From Heptranchias perlo (lineage: Eukaryota), in contig NW_027139176.1 of the NCBI RefSeq assembly GCF_035084215.1, positions 558,001 to 622,000 of the forward strand: DNA of 64,000 nt, given 5' to 3'. The translations under genes and the position numbers were made by a program. Shown here piece by piece: positions 63,764 to 64,000 of the stretch. Under the pieces are notes generated by a model. It was given only the letters and a program-made list of their open reading frames with translations, did not search any database and was not told the DNA's origin. The first letter of the stretch is position 1. Each line of letters opens with the position of its first letter.

Positions 63764-64000
63764 AGGAACATAGGAACAGGAGGAGGCCATTCAGCCCCTC
63801 GTGCCTGCTCCGCCATTTGATAAGATCATGGCTGATCTGTGATCTAACTCCATATACCTGCCTTTGGCCCATATCCCTTAATACCTTTGGTTGCCAAAAA
63901 GCTATCTATCTCAGATTTAAATTTAACAATTGAGCTAGTATCAATTGCCGTTTGCGGAAGAGAATTCCAAACTTCTACCACCCTTTGTGTGTAGAAATGT
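63764..64000 (-). mobile_element. CR1-type LINE 3' end, runs off the right edge
   Basis: Reverse complement closely matches 59873-60106. Confidence 0.92.

Noticed and set aside
60335-63816. Short ORFs in the right-hand unique sequence
   Set aside because: No recognisable domains; several overlap repeat fragments

Overview
Repeat-rich vertebrate genomic DNA, most likely a cartilaginous fish (inferred from the CR1/HER1-type LINE tails, DeuSINE-like relics, a Penelope-type terminus and the GPR139-like receptor). Most of the window is tandem arrays (29/33-bp, 48-bp, 46-bp, 27-bp, 13-bp, TG microsatellite) and decayed non-LTR retroelements, including one near full-length CR1 nested in another LINE. 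Three host-gene elements can be read. (1) An intact two-exon class A orphan GPCR of the GPR139/GPR142-like type (exon 1 26871-26940, exon 2 29269-30173, 324 aa), with a TATA box and minisatellites on both sides. (2) A second, convergent exon 1 of the same family on the minus strand (44835-44904), with no exon 2 visible. (3) A T-cell receptor alpha/delta-type V segment (57182-57489) with a 23-bp-spacer recombination signal and a candidate leader exon (54299-54380); its putative intron is filled with an AT-rich AGCT/GATA 13-bp array. The most notable signal is that orphan GPCR paralogues lie next to a rearranging TCR V segment. Also notable are a germline stop codon directly before the RSS heptamer and a degenerate hammerhead ribozyme. 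All long repeat-derived ORFs are rejected. No searches or computations were run; family names come from motif recognition.
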